Shown here in pieces: positions 18,205 through 27,847 of a stretch of 42,197 bases of DNA. Made by a program: the position numbers and the translations under genes. The stretch spans positions 1 to 42,197 of IMG/VR virus record IMGVR_UViG_3300026196_000015. The stretch is one strand, 5' to 3'. Position 1 is the stretch's first letter; each line of letters opens with the position of its first letter. The DNA is from a virus. Its lineage: Duplodnaviria; Caudoviricetes. Below the pieces are notes generated by a model, which had not been told where the DNA came from, did not search any database, and saw only the letters and a program-made list of their open reading frames with translations.

Positions 18205-18791
18205 ATCCTGGCCGTGATAAATTCACAATCTGGTTCGGTGTCTTCTGATTTTGTTTGGGTATCTGCTGATTTTGCCATCGACAACGCTTTATCAGCCATA
18301 TCTTCCAGCTTTTCAATCTTTTGCTTAGGGGCAGTTGTAGGACTCATTGCGACTGCCAAAGCAAAGGAAAAGGCTTTTCTGAACTTCGCTGTATACATAT
18401 TCGGATTGTCCAGATACGCCGTGTAAATCAAGACCGCGTCTTGCTGGTTTGTGCAAATAATCCTATCCCCATCACTGTTTTCCATGATCTCAAAATTGGT
18501 AGGGACAGCTGATCGTGAAGGCCTTTGAATCTCACGAGGCATTACGCAATCAGAGGGCCACTTGTAAGCATAAGCCCATTCCACCGGATCTTCATCTGAC
18601 AGGACATTCAAAGCAGCGCTCTTTTTCGCAAATTGCCATGGGTGATCTTCAAGCATATCTCTCAAGATATACTCGTAAACCCTGTTGCAGAGACGCCCGT
18701 TCTTGGTGTCTGTTTCCCCAAAAGAAGTAATTGGATCGGCGCCAAGATGAACGACCAGAGCTATATTGCACACATCAGTTTTTGTTGGCAT
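18201..18791 (-). CDS. Tail tubular protein A / adaptor
   Basis: DVCNIALVVHLGA..ITSF, HPWQFAKK, WAYAYKWPSDC motifs. Confidence 0.85.
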   Translation of the reverse strand: MPTKTDVCNIALVVHLGADPITSFGETDTKNGRLCNRVYEYILRDMLEDHPWQFAKKSAALNVLSDEDPVEWAYAYKWPSDCVMPREIQRPSRSAVPTNFEIMENSDGDRIICTNQQDAVLIYTAYLDNPNMYTAKFRKAFSFALAVAMSPTTAPKQKIEKLEDMADKALSMAKSADTQTKSEDTEPDCEFITARI

Positions 18792-19240
18792 TATTTACCC
18801 AGAGCTTTTTTTATTTCTTCATGAGTTGGAGAAAAAGGGAGCCTCGCGCTCAATTCCCTGGCAGTCGGAACGCCTCTATACCAACAGGACTTGTCTTTTT
18901 TATCGATTGAATCTGTTTTCCGGCGAATCATTTCAGCCCGTTCTTCTTCATTGAAATTGTCGATGCCATAGGTTTTCTTGGCAATATTTTCCCTTACGGT
19001 TACAGATTCAACTGATTTGCTGGTTAGCATTTTCTCAATATCGCCAACTGGAACAAGTTCTTCTTCTATGGCATCCGCCTCTCCAAGACACTCGAAATGC
19101 TTAAGAGCCTTATCTTCTGGATCATTGGCAGTTACCAGTATCTCATTTTCTTCTGGATTCCAAAGCTTGCTTTCTGAGCCAGGTGGAAAGCTCCTGGTGC
19201 ATTTTACTATTGGACGCCATCTGAAAAGTCTTTCTGACAT
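18791..19240 (-). CDS. Hypothetical protein in virion module
   Basis: 149-aa ORF preceded by GGAGG; 1-nt overlap with tail tube A. Confidence 0.6.
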   Translation of the reverse strand: MSERLFRWRPIVKCTRSFPPGSESKLWNPEENEILVTANDPEDKALKHFECLGEADAIEEELVPVGDIEKMLTSKSVESVTVRENIAKKTYGIDNFNEEERAEMIRRKTDSIDKKDKSCWYRGVPTARELSARLPFSPTHEEIKKALGK

Positions 19241-19251
19241 ATTTCCTCCGT

Positions 19252-19273
19252 AAAGCGGGGACTTAGCCCCCGC
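19252..19273 (-). terminator. Putative intrinsic terminator after capsid/cement genes
   Basis: GCGGGG/CCCCGC stem (19255-60 / 19268-73) followed by TTT on the minus strand. Confidence 0.55.
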
Positions 19274-19292
19274 ATTTATTCATCCTTTCGGA

Positions 19293-19682
19293 TTACGGTC
19301 TGTTTGTGTTGACGATTGATCCCACATACGCACTGATTTTGCCAGCCGAATGTACGCCAACAGAAGTAGCGGCCAACCTGGAATATCTCAGAATACCTTC
19401 TGGAATATTGCAAAGTCGGAACCGGTATCCAGCTACCAAGGCGGCAGTCAGGATGGTTTCAGATGTAAACAATGTCTCATCTGGAGTAATGGTTGTGGTG
19501 CTATCGGTTTGAAGCGCAACCTTCATGTTGGTTCCGCCGACAAACGTCTGTGTCACCTGAATGAAAATGGGCATATGCAGTGCCACCCCTGCCCCACCAT
19601 GATCAACGGTATCACTGTTGTAGGTGGTTGCTGTGGTGATCGCCTTGTCTTCCCAATAGCTTTCTTCTTTATTGAGTCGCAT
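19293..19682 (-). CDS. Capsid cement/decoration protein (Bbp16-like)
   Basis: Follows the capsid gene; VTQTFVGGTNMKVALQT, AALVAGY, LRYSRL, AGKISA pattern. Confidence 0.75.
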   Translation of the reverse strand: MRLNKEESYWEDKAITTATTYNSDTVDHGGAGVALHMPIFIQVTQTFVGGTNMKVALQTDSTTTITPDETLFTSETILTAALVAGYRFRLCNIPEGILRYSRLAATSVGVHSAGKISAYVGSIVNTNRP

Positions 19683-19728
19683 AAGTTTCTCCTTATGTTA
19701 AAAAGTTACCCGGTTACAATAGACCAGG

Positions 19729-20736
19729 TTATGTGGTGATAGCTGATTCAGTCAGCAACAGGGCGTTGCTTTCCCGAATTGGTGCACCACAGCATTTCAC
19801 GATTTCCATTCCATCAAACTCTCCCAGCATCAAACTGATGTTGGTCTTGTTCCTGGCTTGGTGGTGAAGGAAGGCAGCGATGTCTGGATTGACATACCAT
19901 TTCGCATTTCTCCGGAATTTGGCAGGCATGCGGTGGTAAGCGTCAATCATCAACGGAACCAGGGTATCGCCGGTTGTTGATAGATTGGAATAATCGATAT
20001 TACAAATCCTGACAACTGACCGGTAATTCTTGATGGCCAAGCCGGTTTGCCACTTCAGATGCATCTCTTTTACATAATAAGGATTGCTGGAATCGTCCAG
20101 TACCCTCTGAGATCCCCTGTCGATTGTCTGAATTCCCAATTGTGTACCTTTCGGGTAAATACCAAACACACCTTCCGGGCCATGATGAACAAGCCAAATA
20201 GATGTATTGTCCGATCCAGTACCGGCACCATCTTTTACATGATCTCGGTAATCTGAATGATAAAACTGTGCCCAAGACGAGGGAAGGGTATTATACCGAG
20301 GGCCAAGACCTGTGATTTTTTCAGGGTCTGTTTTCTCATTGTGATAGAACATCCCGGTTTCAACCTCTTCTGACATCGCTTGGAGGTGAGCCTGGGTTTC
20401 TTCATGTCGAAGAGCTGCCTCAATTCCGCCCAACTCCAAAAGGCGTTCGTCAATGTCTGCCAGTGCCTCTACCAGACCGCAAGTATCAGTCACCTGTTTC
20501 CTTGCTGCCTTCGTGGGAGCTACCCCTTGGTAAAGCTGTGTCCAGGTCACGGACGGAAGACTAACCAGCGCCGAATGCTTAAAACCGGTGTCAAGGTTCC
20601 CTTCCCGGAATACCATATCTTGAATAAAGGGGCTTTCTTTCTCAAGCTCATTGGCTACCATAGCCACGGAACCATCAGGATCAAGCAGGTTCGCTCGATC
20701 TACTAACCCCATGTATGTATCATTAACTGTTGCCAT
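19729..20736 (-). CDS. Major capsid protein (BPP-1/epsilon15-like)
   Basis: EGNLDTG, LPSVTW..LYQGV, QVTDTCG, GLGPRY, GTGSDNTSIWLV, GIYPKG, RSVVRICNID. Confidence 0.9.
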   Translation of the reverse strand: MATVNDTYMGLVDRANLLDPDGSVAMVANELEKESPFIQDMVFREGNLDTGFKHSALVSLPSVTWTQLYQGVAPTKAARKQVTDTCGLVEALADIDERLLELGGIEAALRHEETQAHLQAMSEEVETGMFYHNEKTDPEKITGLGPRYNTLPSSWAQFYHSDYRDHVKDGAGTGSDNTSIWLVHHGPEGVFGIYPKGTQLGIQTIDRGSQRVLDDSSNPYYVKEMHLKWQTGLAIKNYRSVVRICNIDYSNLSTTGDTLVPLMIDAYHRMPAKFRRNAKWYVNPDIAAFLHHQARNKTNISLMLGEFDGMEIVKCCGAPIRESNALLLTESAITT

Positions 20737-20761
20737 AATTTCTCCTTAAGTTTTGAGACGA

Positions 20762-21412
20762 CTACTTAAAGGATGTCGGGTACATGCTTTTCAGTTGTTT
20801 TTCACCCTTATCCTTTGTGTTCTGTGCTTCATCTCCCAGAACCAGGATGTCGTCTGAAATGTCCTTGCCAATAAAATACAGGAACCTCGCAAGTGGTAGA
20901 TAATCACCGGGGCCATTATCCAGCCATTCCTTGAATTCTTTTCGTTCTTCCGCTTGCATCTTTGAGCCGTAACCGTCAATCGCTCTTGCGGCAAAGGCGA
21001 GGTTTTCTTGCCTACTCAAGACCGGATCCTCTTTGATGCGTTGTTTCATTTCACCGCGCACCTGTTTCTCCTGATTCTCCAGTTCTTTGAACAAGCCTTT
21101 GGATGCCTCAACCTGCATGTCGATAACTTTTTGCGCCTCTTCCTGGGTTAATTTCTTCTCCCTGGCAAAAGCAGCAAAGTCCCTGACCATTTTAGCGTCA
21201 AGATTAACGTTATGCGGAACTTTGAATTCATATTTGTCTGGAACGGTCGGTTCCACGATGGTTTTTGTCTCACTGGCCGCTTCTTCAGTTTTTTTACCTG
21301 AATCTGCTGCCTCTTTAGAAGTATCTGACTGAGTAGCGTCTTCCGCTTGCTCCTCGCCCACATCGGATTCTTGGTCTTGATCCGGAAGGGTTTTGGCTTC
21401 TTCGTCACTCAT
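20762..21412 (-). CDS. Scaffolding protein
   Basis: Acidic N-terminus, VPDKYEFKVP, LTQEEAQKVID, C-terminal MYP; directly upstream of the capsid gene. Confidence 0.75.
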   Translation of the reverse strand: MSDEEAKTLPDQDQESDVGEEQAEDATQSDTSKEAADSGKKTEEAASETKTIVEPTVPDKYEFKVPHNVNLDAKMVRDFAAFAREKKLTQEEAQKVIDMQVEASKGLFKELENQEKQVRGEMKQRIKEDPVLSRQENLAFAARAIDGYGSKMQAEERKEFKEWLDNGPGDYLPLARFLYFIGKDISDDILVLGDEAQNTKDKGEKQLKSMYPTSFK

Positions 21413-21728
21413 GTTCGGTATCCTGCTCGATAATATTGTGATAAATACAGAGATCTTCTATTGTCATAAGACGATTTGGATCTCTTGCTAATGCCCTCTT
21501 TAAAGGGCGTAAAACTCTTAACCCGACGTTTCTATGACCTTCCAGCCATGGAAACTCTGATGATGGCCTGAAATTTGGTTCATAGACGCCGCATACATTC
21601 ACGATTAGCCAATTGAGGAACCTTGTCCCGGCACCGCTCTTTAATCCTGCTATCTCCTCAAGATCAGATACCAGATATTTATCAAAGTCCTCATCTCTTA
21701 TAGCGACTTCTTTATTGCGTCTGCTCAT
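21405..21728 (-). CDS. Bbp19-like protein
   Basis: GTRFLNWLI...CG...EGHRNVGL motif between portal and scaffold. Confidence 0.65.
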   Translation of the reverse strand: MSRRNKEVAIRDEDFDKYLVSDLEEIAGLKSGAGTRFLNWLIVNVCGVYEPNFRPSSEFPWLEGHRNVGLRVLRPLKRALARDPNRLMTIEDLCIYHNIIEQDTEHE

Positions 21729-23394
21729 TCGTTAGTTGGTTGTTTACCTGGTTGAGTAAAGTCTCGTTGTTGTCTGTTGGTGTTTCTGACATTGTTTTTG
21801 CCGCCTTTGACATCCTCTCTACCTGTTCCATACCTTGCTGTCTCTGGATGGCCTGAAGTTCAAGATCATAGGATGCATTCGCTTCTTTGTTTGATTTAAC
21901 GATGTTGACAGGAGTACCCATCATTTCATGGAACTCATCGATTGATTCAAAGGCGTCAAGTTTATGCCTTGCCTTCGGATCAAGTTGGCTCAACGCCGCT
22001 ATGAATTGTGCTGTTGCTTCAATCCCTTTTGCCCCTGAAGCTTTCTGGGCTTGAGCCAATGGACTGATGTGTTCAACCTCAAGCTCTGCTCCTTCTTCTA
22101 TTGATTCGGGAGGAGGGGGGATCATCCTGTTTCTATCCATGATGAAATACAACCGGTCAATCAATGCCTCGATGTGTTCTGTATCGAACCTGCCACCCAT
22201 TGAACCAAGTTGTGATAGCTTCTCTGCTTCTATTTTAGCTACTTCATAAGCTGTTTTACTCCTTTGCTCGTCAGTCGTTAATGCAGCGAAGATATGTTTG
22301 TAGAAATGGTAATCAATGATCGCTTTTACGGCCTGAGATTTCACGTCAATATCACGGAAAGCTGGCTGAGTCTGGTTGATCGGTGTCGCCCCTGATCTTA
22401 CCTGTGAGGCATCATAATAGTTGATTGCGTCAGGATGCAGATGAATCGTTTTGTCTGTGAAAGCTGTCGGAACCTGCCAAGCTGGTCTTACCCAACGATC
22501 CAATGAACGGTATCCTCTGTCTTCAAGTTTCTGCAGCCCTTTTACTTCTGCTAAAGCATCAGTACCAGGCCCTCTTCCGTATGGCTCACCACCTGTTGTT
22601 GCCCATCTGGAAACAATATAAGGAAACATGTCATATCCGCTATTCCTGAGCATCTTCTTGGAACCGTCACCACCTTTATACTCGTAAGTGACTGAAGCGT
22701 ATTTCTTCCGTTTAGCGTTTAACGATCCCTCTTGATATTCTGTATTCGGGAACACGATATGGCAAACCTCGAACTTCTTCTTCTTATACCCGCTTTTGTA
22801 ATCATTCTGCACAGCTGTTGAACAGTTTTCCTCTCCATACTCATTAACCATGTCATCAGATCTCAGCCTGAATATCCTGCCCACACGGTCTACAATCCCC
22901 TTCCTGTTTACTCCAATAAAATACTGCCCGATAGTCAGGGGAGTGAACCAGACCACGTTTTCGAAGTCCTCTTCAACATACATGCAAGCAGTACAATAAG
23001 CCCCAAGCTCTGTGAATATCTCATAGATCGATGAGTAATAATTGGATGCGGCAAGAATCGTATACATTCTCTTTTTGATCTCATCCAACCATTCCTTAAC
23101 ATCTGCCAGGTCTGCAAGTTCATTATCCCTGGTTGTCAGCCGGAAGTATTCTTTTGCTGGAGATGTCAAATTGTCATAAAGACCGCCGGCAAGGATATTG
23201 TTACAGATAACCGGGTATGAATTGAGGATATCGTTATACCGTTTGTCTCCTTCAGTGTGCTCATTGTCCGTATCCAGGAACCGGCCTCGCCTTGGAAATA
23301 AATACTTATTGATCTCTTTATGGTGATTCCGCCAGTTGTTATCATATTCCTCAACCAGGGCATCCATGACTTTCTGAGCGTCTTTTAGTTCCAT
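21712..23394 (-). CDS. Portal (head-tail connector)
   Basis: LTSPAKEYFRL, FPYIVSRW...YGRGPG..AL, TAYEV, HISPLAQAQK; 560 aa, follows TerL. Confidence 0.9.
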   Translation of the reverse strand: MELKDAQKVMDALVEEYDNNWRNHHKEINKYLFPRRGRFLDTDNEHTEGDKRYNDILNSYPVICNNILAGGLYDNLTSPAKEYFRLTTRDNELADLADVKEWLDEIKKRMYTILAASNYYSSIYEIFTELGAYCTACMYVEEDFENVVWFTPLTIGQYFIGVNRKGIVDRVGRIFRLRSDDMVNEYGEENCSTAVQNDYKSGYKKKKFEVCHIVFPNTEYQEGSLNAKRKKYASVTYEYKGGDGSKKMLRNSGYDMFPYIVSRWATTGGEPYGRGPGTDALAEVKGLQKLEDRGYRSLDRWVRPAWQVPTAFTDKTIHLHPDAINYYDASQVRSGATPINQTQPAFRDIDVKSQAVKAIIDYHFYKHIFAALTTDEQRSKTAYEVAKIEAEKLSQLGSMGGRFDTEHIEALIDRLYFIMDRNRMIPPPPESIEEGAELEVEHISPLAQAQKASGAKGIEATAQFIAALSQLDPKARHKLDAFESIDEFHEMMGTPVNIVKSNKEANASYDLELQAIQRQQGMEQVERMSKAAKTMSETPTDNNETLLNQVNNQLTNEQTQ

Positions 23395-24947
23395 TATATG
23401 TCCAGAGCGTTGTATTCTGTTCCTTTTGCCGTTGATGTATGCCTTTCTCCAGCCAACTCATGCAGGTCTTTTAATTCAGGGTAAACAGCCCCAAACTTAG
23501 GGTCTTTGATCCTTGATGCACAATCAATCGTGTCATCATGCATTCCGAAGGGGAAGTCTTTGAATTCCTGTTCGTGAATTGTTGTTAAGTTCTGAGATTT
23601 CCCTTCATGATCAACAAATCCCAATATCGTTGGGATGTAATACTTATGTTCTTCAGTTAACGGGGCCAACCAGCCTATCCTTGCTTCCTTGCTGATATTT
23701 CCACCTAGAGGACTAATATCGAAATTATATGTCTCCTCTTCCATCTTCTCCTTGATGTATTCGATATCAGCTTGCATCCCGTATTCTTCATATCCTGTTT
23801 TCTTTGGTCGCCATAACCTATGGAACTTTATCAGACTTGCTGCACGTTCCTTCAGACTTAACCTCGCCCGAATACCGTCAATTAGGTAGGTATTGTAGTC
23901 TTCTGCCAATCCCATGACCAGAATAGTTGTAAAATCAGAAGTCGGTTTTTTCTTAGAAGCCGGATCCACCAGGATATATCTGTTCATCTTTCTAGCCTTA
24001 ACCTGGTCAGGGTTCCAATACCTGAGATTTTCTATTTCAAACCCCAATACAACATCAGCTTTCGGGTCTAAGAACATCTGACATCCTGCAGTATAGTTTC
24101 CCATCTTTCCAAGCTTTTTACGCAATAGTTTCTCAGGGAAGTAAACCGATTTCCCATCAGGTTTTCCATTGTCTGTGCAAGGATGCTTCCGGACTTTCGC
24201 CGCTTTCCTTTCGATGATCGTGTTGTAAATATCGTTGTAATGGTACCGGGTACCGATGTACCTCTCAATGTCTGCAATACCGTATCGAGGAACAATAACA
24301 TCGCTGCCAAGATTGAGGGATAATTCCCATTCCGTGATCGCTTTCTGGATGATGTCTGAATTCGTGACATTCTTTTCATCGATTGCGTCATCGTATACCC
24401 GTATTCTGAAATGTGAGCCAGTCGGAAGACCCTGGACAAATCCATAAGCTTCCAGGGTACATTCTTTTGGATTTGATTTCCTTCTGACTGTTATTCCATC
24501 CTCTGACCATTTCTCTGCTTCGTTTTCCGGATCCTGATACAAGACATCTGGAAACAACCATTTTAAATCCGTGTTCGATTCCAGTTCCCGCTTTATCTGC
24601 TTCAGAAAAGCCTTGGCCTTTGGTCTGGTGATCGAGAAAATAGCAATTGTGATTTCCGGATCGCAAATGATATCCTGTATCGTTAAGGCATAAGTAATAA
24701 TCGTTGATTTCCTGTGTTCCCTTGCCCATAGGTCTAAGTATCCATTAGGATTAGCCTGGACTTCCTGGCATCTTTCAAAAAGCCATTGATGGCGAATGTC
24801 TTTCCGATTAAGAATGTTGAGCAGCAAGAAATAAAGGTCTGTCTTGGCAAGCTTGCGATATACCGCACGAACGCAATCTTTTTTTTCTGCATCCGTCGTG
24901 ATGTCAGCATAATATTCATCAGCTTCCTTTATTGTCTTTAATTCCAT
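23394..24947 (-). CDS. terL: Terminase large subunit
   Basis: Walker A-like AREHRKST, Walker B RVYDD, IGTRYH, RNase H nuclease VDPAS...SDFT and FPFGMHDDTID. Confidence 0.9.
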   Translation of the reverse strand: MELKTIKEADEYYADITTDAEKKDCVRAVYRKLAKTDLYFLLLNILNRKDIRHQWLFERCQEVQANPNGYLDLWAREHRKSTIITYALTIQDIICDPEITIAIFSITRPKAKAFLKQIKRELESNTDLKWLFPDVLYQDPENEAEKWSEDGITVRRKSNPKECTLEAYGFVQGLPTGSHFRIRVYDDAIDEKNVTNSDIIQKAITEWELSLNLGSDVIVPRYGIADIERYIGTRYHYNDIYNTIIERKAAKVRKHPCTDNGKPDGKSVYFPEKLLRKKLGKMGNYTAGCQMFLDPKADVVLGFEIENLRYWNPDQVKARKMNRYILVDPASKKKPTSDFTTILVMGLAEDYNTYLIDGIRARLSLKERAASLIKFHRLWRPKKTGYEEYGMQADIEYIKEKMEEETYNFDISPLGGNISKEARIGWLAPLTEEHKYYIPTILGFVDHEGKSQNLTTIHEQEFKDFPFGMHDDTIDCASRIKDPKFGAVYPELKDLHELAGERHTSTAKGTEYNALDI

Positions 24948-25494
24948 TTATTTTCTCAGCCATTCCTGGTGGCATCTCATCCAAAGAAACATTTAATTCG
25001 ACCGCTGGCTTATCTTTTAAAAGACCTCGTATTTTCGCTAAATGTTCCAATGCCTTTAGTTTGTCATGTAGTTTTATTTCTACCCCATTTGGCCCATCTT
25101 TAATCGCAGAAATAGCAGCAAGAAGATCTTTGTTTAGTTCACCGTATGGTTTTAAATATGTTTTCGTGACTTTCTTTTGTTTCGGTTCACCATCGGATTC
25201 ATCATCTTCCAAAATTATTTGCTCAACATACTCCATTAAGTCTGATGACCTAGCGAATGCTACCAAAGCTATTTCTCTCAGTATTCTAGCATGAGTAATT
25301 TCAAGTTCTTCGCATTTAATTAAATCTAATTCTTCTACTCTAGCCTTAATATTAAGTATCGCTAAGAGCTGTGCTGCCTGCTCATTAGCGGTTTTTTCGC
25401 TATATCCAGCCCGTATTGCTGCTTGTCTGCCATTGTGATCAATTACATATTCCTGACAGAATCTTTCCCTTTTTTTATTTTCCAGAGCTGGCAT
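24919..25494 (-). CDS. terS: Terminase small subunit
   Basis: RFCQEYVIDHNGRQAAIRAGYSEKTA HTH; EIKLHDKLKALE. Confidence 0.9.
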   Translation of the reverse strand: MPALENKKRERFCQEYVIDHNGRQAAIRAGYSEKTANEQAAQLLAILNIKARVEELDLIKCEELEITHARILREIALVAFARSSDLMEYVEQIILEDDESDGEPKQKKVTKTYLKPYGELNKDLLAAISAIKDGPNGVEIKLHDKLKALEHLAKIRGLLKDKPAVELNVSLDEMPPGMAEKINGIKDNKGS

Positions 25495-25522
25495 TTTTGG
25501 ATTAATTTATTAATTCAATAAC

Positions 25523-26119
25523 TTAGTTACACTTTCCCAAAATCGGGCAATTCTCTTGTATATTGTTTTTATTGTCTTTCCCGAATTCTTCCTCGATTCT
25601 CAATAGCGACTCTTCCGTCAATTCCGTAGTCAGTTCTCTTGCGATCAGCTTCATCTCTTCCAGCGGTCGATCATACAGGTGTAAGTCCAGTACTCTTGGT
25701 ATTAATTGCTCAGGGATCCGGTATCTTATTAACCTGGCTGGATTACCAGCAACGATGGCATAAGGCGGAACGTCTTTTGTGACTACTGATCCGGCACCAA
25801 TTACGGCCCCTTCTCCTATGTGGACATTTGGAACAATTGTTGCGTTTCGACCTGTCCAGCAGCCATCACCAATCTTAACCATCTTCTTTCTTGCGCCACC
25901 GACTTCCTCTCCCCCGATTCTTCTTGCCATGCCTACTGACATGATTAATGTGTCTGTTCTGTGATTTCCGGTTATCACCAATAAACCCATGGCTATTGCA
26001 CACCATCTACCGATAATTGCTCCGTGGCCTATTTCGCATCCCTTGGTTATGTAGGTGCATTCCCCTATTTCTACACCATTTCCAACGAAGCTTTCCGGAT
26101 GCTTTCTTATTTTCCCCAT
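25523..26119 (-). CDS. Hexapeptide-repeat O-acetyltransferase (CatB/Vat-related)
   Basis: IGDGCWTG, IGEGAVIGAGSVVTKDVPPYAIVAGNPARLIRYR. Confidence 0.85.
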   Translation of the reverse strand: MGKIRKHPESFVGNGVEIGECTYITKGCEIGHGAIIGRWCAIAMGLLVITGNHRTDTLIMSVGMARRIGGEEVGGARKKMVKIGDGCWTGRNATIVPNVHIGEGAVIGAGSVVTKDVPPYAIVAGNPARLIRYRIPEQLIPRVLDLHLYDRPLEEMKLIARELTTELTEESLLRIEEEFGKDNKNNIQENCPILGKCN

Positions 26120-26120
26120 G

Positions 26121-26618
26121 TTAAGCGTAGTAATGGCCTTTTACTTTGAAGTTACAGGTTGTCGCCCCTACTACTCCCGAAGATAGCCTGGCTGATATCC
26201 GTGTATTCTTTGGCAGCTTCCCAACTTGCATCGGCTGTGGGGAACCTGGCTCAGTTACAGTCGTTCTTTCTGCACAGACAAAATCTATCTGTTCTTCTTC
26301 CCCTTCAGCTCCCATAAATACATCAATTTGTATTTCGGAATTGGCGCTGATTGCTGTTACATAAGCCCAATGAAGGTCAAAAGCAGACAGGCTTAGAGTA
26401 TTTGCTGGAATGATTTCGATGATGTCTCCAGTTATTGCCCAAGCACCGGCTGCTGCTGTTAGTTCTACTGCGTCTGCATGATTCGGGTAGACGAATGACT
26501 GACCGTGAACATGATAATAGGCTGAATTCAGGTGAGCCATTATCGTGTTCTTCCCGAAGACATAAGGGACTTTCACATAGTCCAGCAGTTTCCCAATTGC
26601 TACGTCTACTCTTGCCAT
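26121..26618 (-). CDS. Hypothetical beta-rich protein, possibly virion-associated
   Basis: 165 aa, GAGG upstream, in the late arm; no family recognised. Confidence 0.55.
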   Translation of the reverse strand: MARVDVAIGKLLDYVKVPYVFGKNTIMAHLNSAYYHVHGQSFVYPNHADAVELTAAAGAWAITGDIIEIIPANTLSLSAFDLHWAYVTAISANSEIQIDVFMGAEGEEEQIDFVCAERTTVTEPGSPQPMQVGKLPKNTRISARLSSGVVGATTCNFKVKGHYYA

Positions 26619-26626
26619 GCTGCCTC

Positions 26627-26920
26627 TTATGGTGGGGATAAAATAACATTAATGGAAGAAGCACCGGCAATACTTGGGACTGCTCTGACCATTCCCTTAC
26701 CTGCACTAAACTCTCCTGTCGCGTTTTCTGTCCAGGATGCGTCCGGAATGTCTACCCAGTTTGATCCACCATCCCCTGAGAATTTCAGTTTAACCGAATC
26801 ACTCCCGGCAAATGTGCCGAATACATGATAGCTACCAATTCCCCCTGGCCAAACTTGGTCTGATCCGACGTTTTCCTCCATCACCACAACGCCCCGGTTT
26901 GTTCTGTTTCTGATCGTCAT
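26627..26920 (-). CDS. Hypothetical beta-rich protein
   Basis: Start moved to ATG 26920 (ATGA overlap with upstream ORF); FGTFAG...SGDGGSNW. Confidence 0.55.
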   Translation of the reverse strand: MTIRNRTNRGVVVMEENVGSDQVWPGGIGSYHVFGTFAGSDSVKLKFSGDGGSNWVDIPDASWTENATGEFSAGKGMVRAVPSIAGASSINVILSPP

Positions 26921-27087
26921 TGTTTTTCCAATAAATAGATCCTTCCGCAGGTGCATCGATAACCAATCGTCTTTTCGGTATCGACTTCCAGTTTCATTTC
27001 TGATTCACAGACCGGGCAGTTTTTGGTTTCCCTGATATAATCAGCTACCCCCTCTGTCATGATGATGTCTGGTTTTTCATCGGTCAT
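26917..27087 (-). CDS. Small zinc-ribbon protein (56 aa; not in ORF track)
   Basis: Hand translation MTDEKPD...CPVC...CTCG...EKQ; ATGA overlaps at both ends. Confidence 0.6.
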   Translation of the reverse strand: MTDEKPDIIMTEGVADYIRETKNCPVCESEMKLEVDTEKTIGYRCTCGRIYLLEKQ

Positions 27088-27326
27088 AATGCCTTATCGA
27101 CTATCTGCCTTGCTATTTCCAGAATTCCCAGAAATACTTCCAGCATGATCAACCATTTGACGATCTGTTTCACCAGGGTAATTGTCTTTTCGACTGTCGC
27201 CCTGGTGATCTCCCTTTCTGTTGTCACCATGAACACCAACAAGACAACCAGGATGATCACGGTTGTCATGATGGCGGTTGTCCTGGTCAGGAAAGGGGTT
27301 ATTTCGCCAAATAGTTTAACGAGCAT
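27084..27326 (-). CDS. Small membrane protein
   Basis: Two hydrophobic segments; overlaps both neighbours. Confidence 0.5.
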   Translation of the reverse strand: MLVKLFGEITPFLTRTTAIMTTVIILVVLLVFMVTTEREITRATVEKTITLVKQIVKWLIMLEVFLGILEIARQIVDKAL

Positions 27327-27483
27327 CCTTTTTCTTTCTCATCGAAGTGTCGGCAGCATACCTGGCCCTTACAGATGCCATGGCTTCCTCTTCTGTCATG
27401 GAGCTACCCACGACTTCACCTGTTTCTTTTTTGATAATTTTCCAAGGCTTTTTCCCGCCTCTGTTTTCAACCATGTAAGGCAT
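27316..27483 (-). CDS. Small hypothetical protein (55 aa; not in ORF track)
   Basis: GAGGTG RBS; MPYMVENRGGKKPWKIIKKETGEVVGSS...RAR. Confidence 0.6.
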   Translation of the reverse strand: MPYMVENRGGKKPWKIIKKETGEVVGSSMTEEEAMASVRARYAADTSMRKKKDAR

Positions 27484-27490
27484 TTTCACC

Positions 27491-27847
27491 TCATTTAATC
27501 GGTATTTTATGACCTGTCACAGCGTAGACAACCAGACCAACCAGGCCACCAAAAAGAGTAAAGACCAGAATTTTTAAAACCCACCCCCCTATCTTCAATT
27601 GGGCTTCCCGCATCATGGCCGTGAAATCATGATTCTTGCGGATTCGTTCGACTCCTTTATCAAAATTACCATCCCCAATGGTCTTAACTGACTCAGACCA
27701 ATGATTCATTGATTCTCTAATGTCTTTCGGAACAGGACAGACAGAGCATTCATTCAGTCCTTCCTTGATAGAGTTTTTTACTAACTCCCTAAATTCTTTG
27801 TCTTTGATTAACTCGTCTTTCACTTCCTGATATAGTTTTTGCGTCAT
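27491..27847 (-). CDS. Membrane protein with C-terminal TM helix (lysis-cassette associated)
   Basis: ATGA overlap with holin stop; C-terminal WVLKILVFTLFGGLVGLVVYAV. Confidence 0.55.
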   Translation of the reverse strand: MTQKLYQEVKDELIKDKEFRELVKNSIKEGLNECSVCPVPKDIRESMNHWSESVKTIGDGNFDKGVERIRKNHDFTAMMREAQLKIGGWVLKILVFTLFGGLVGLVVYAVTGHKIPIK

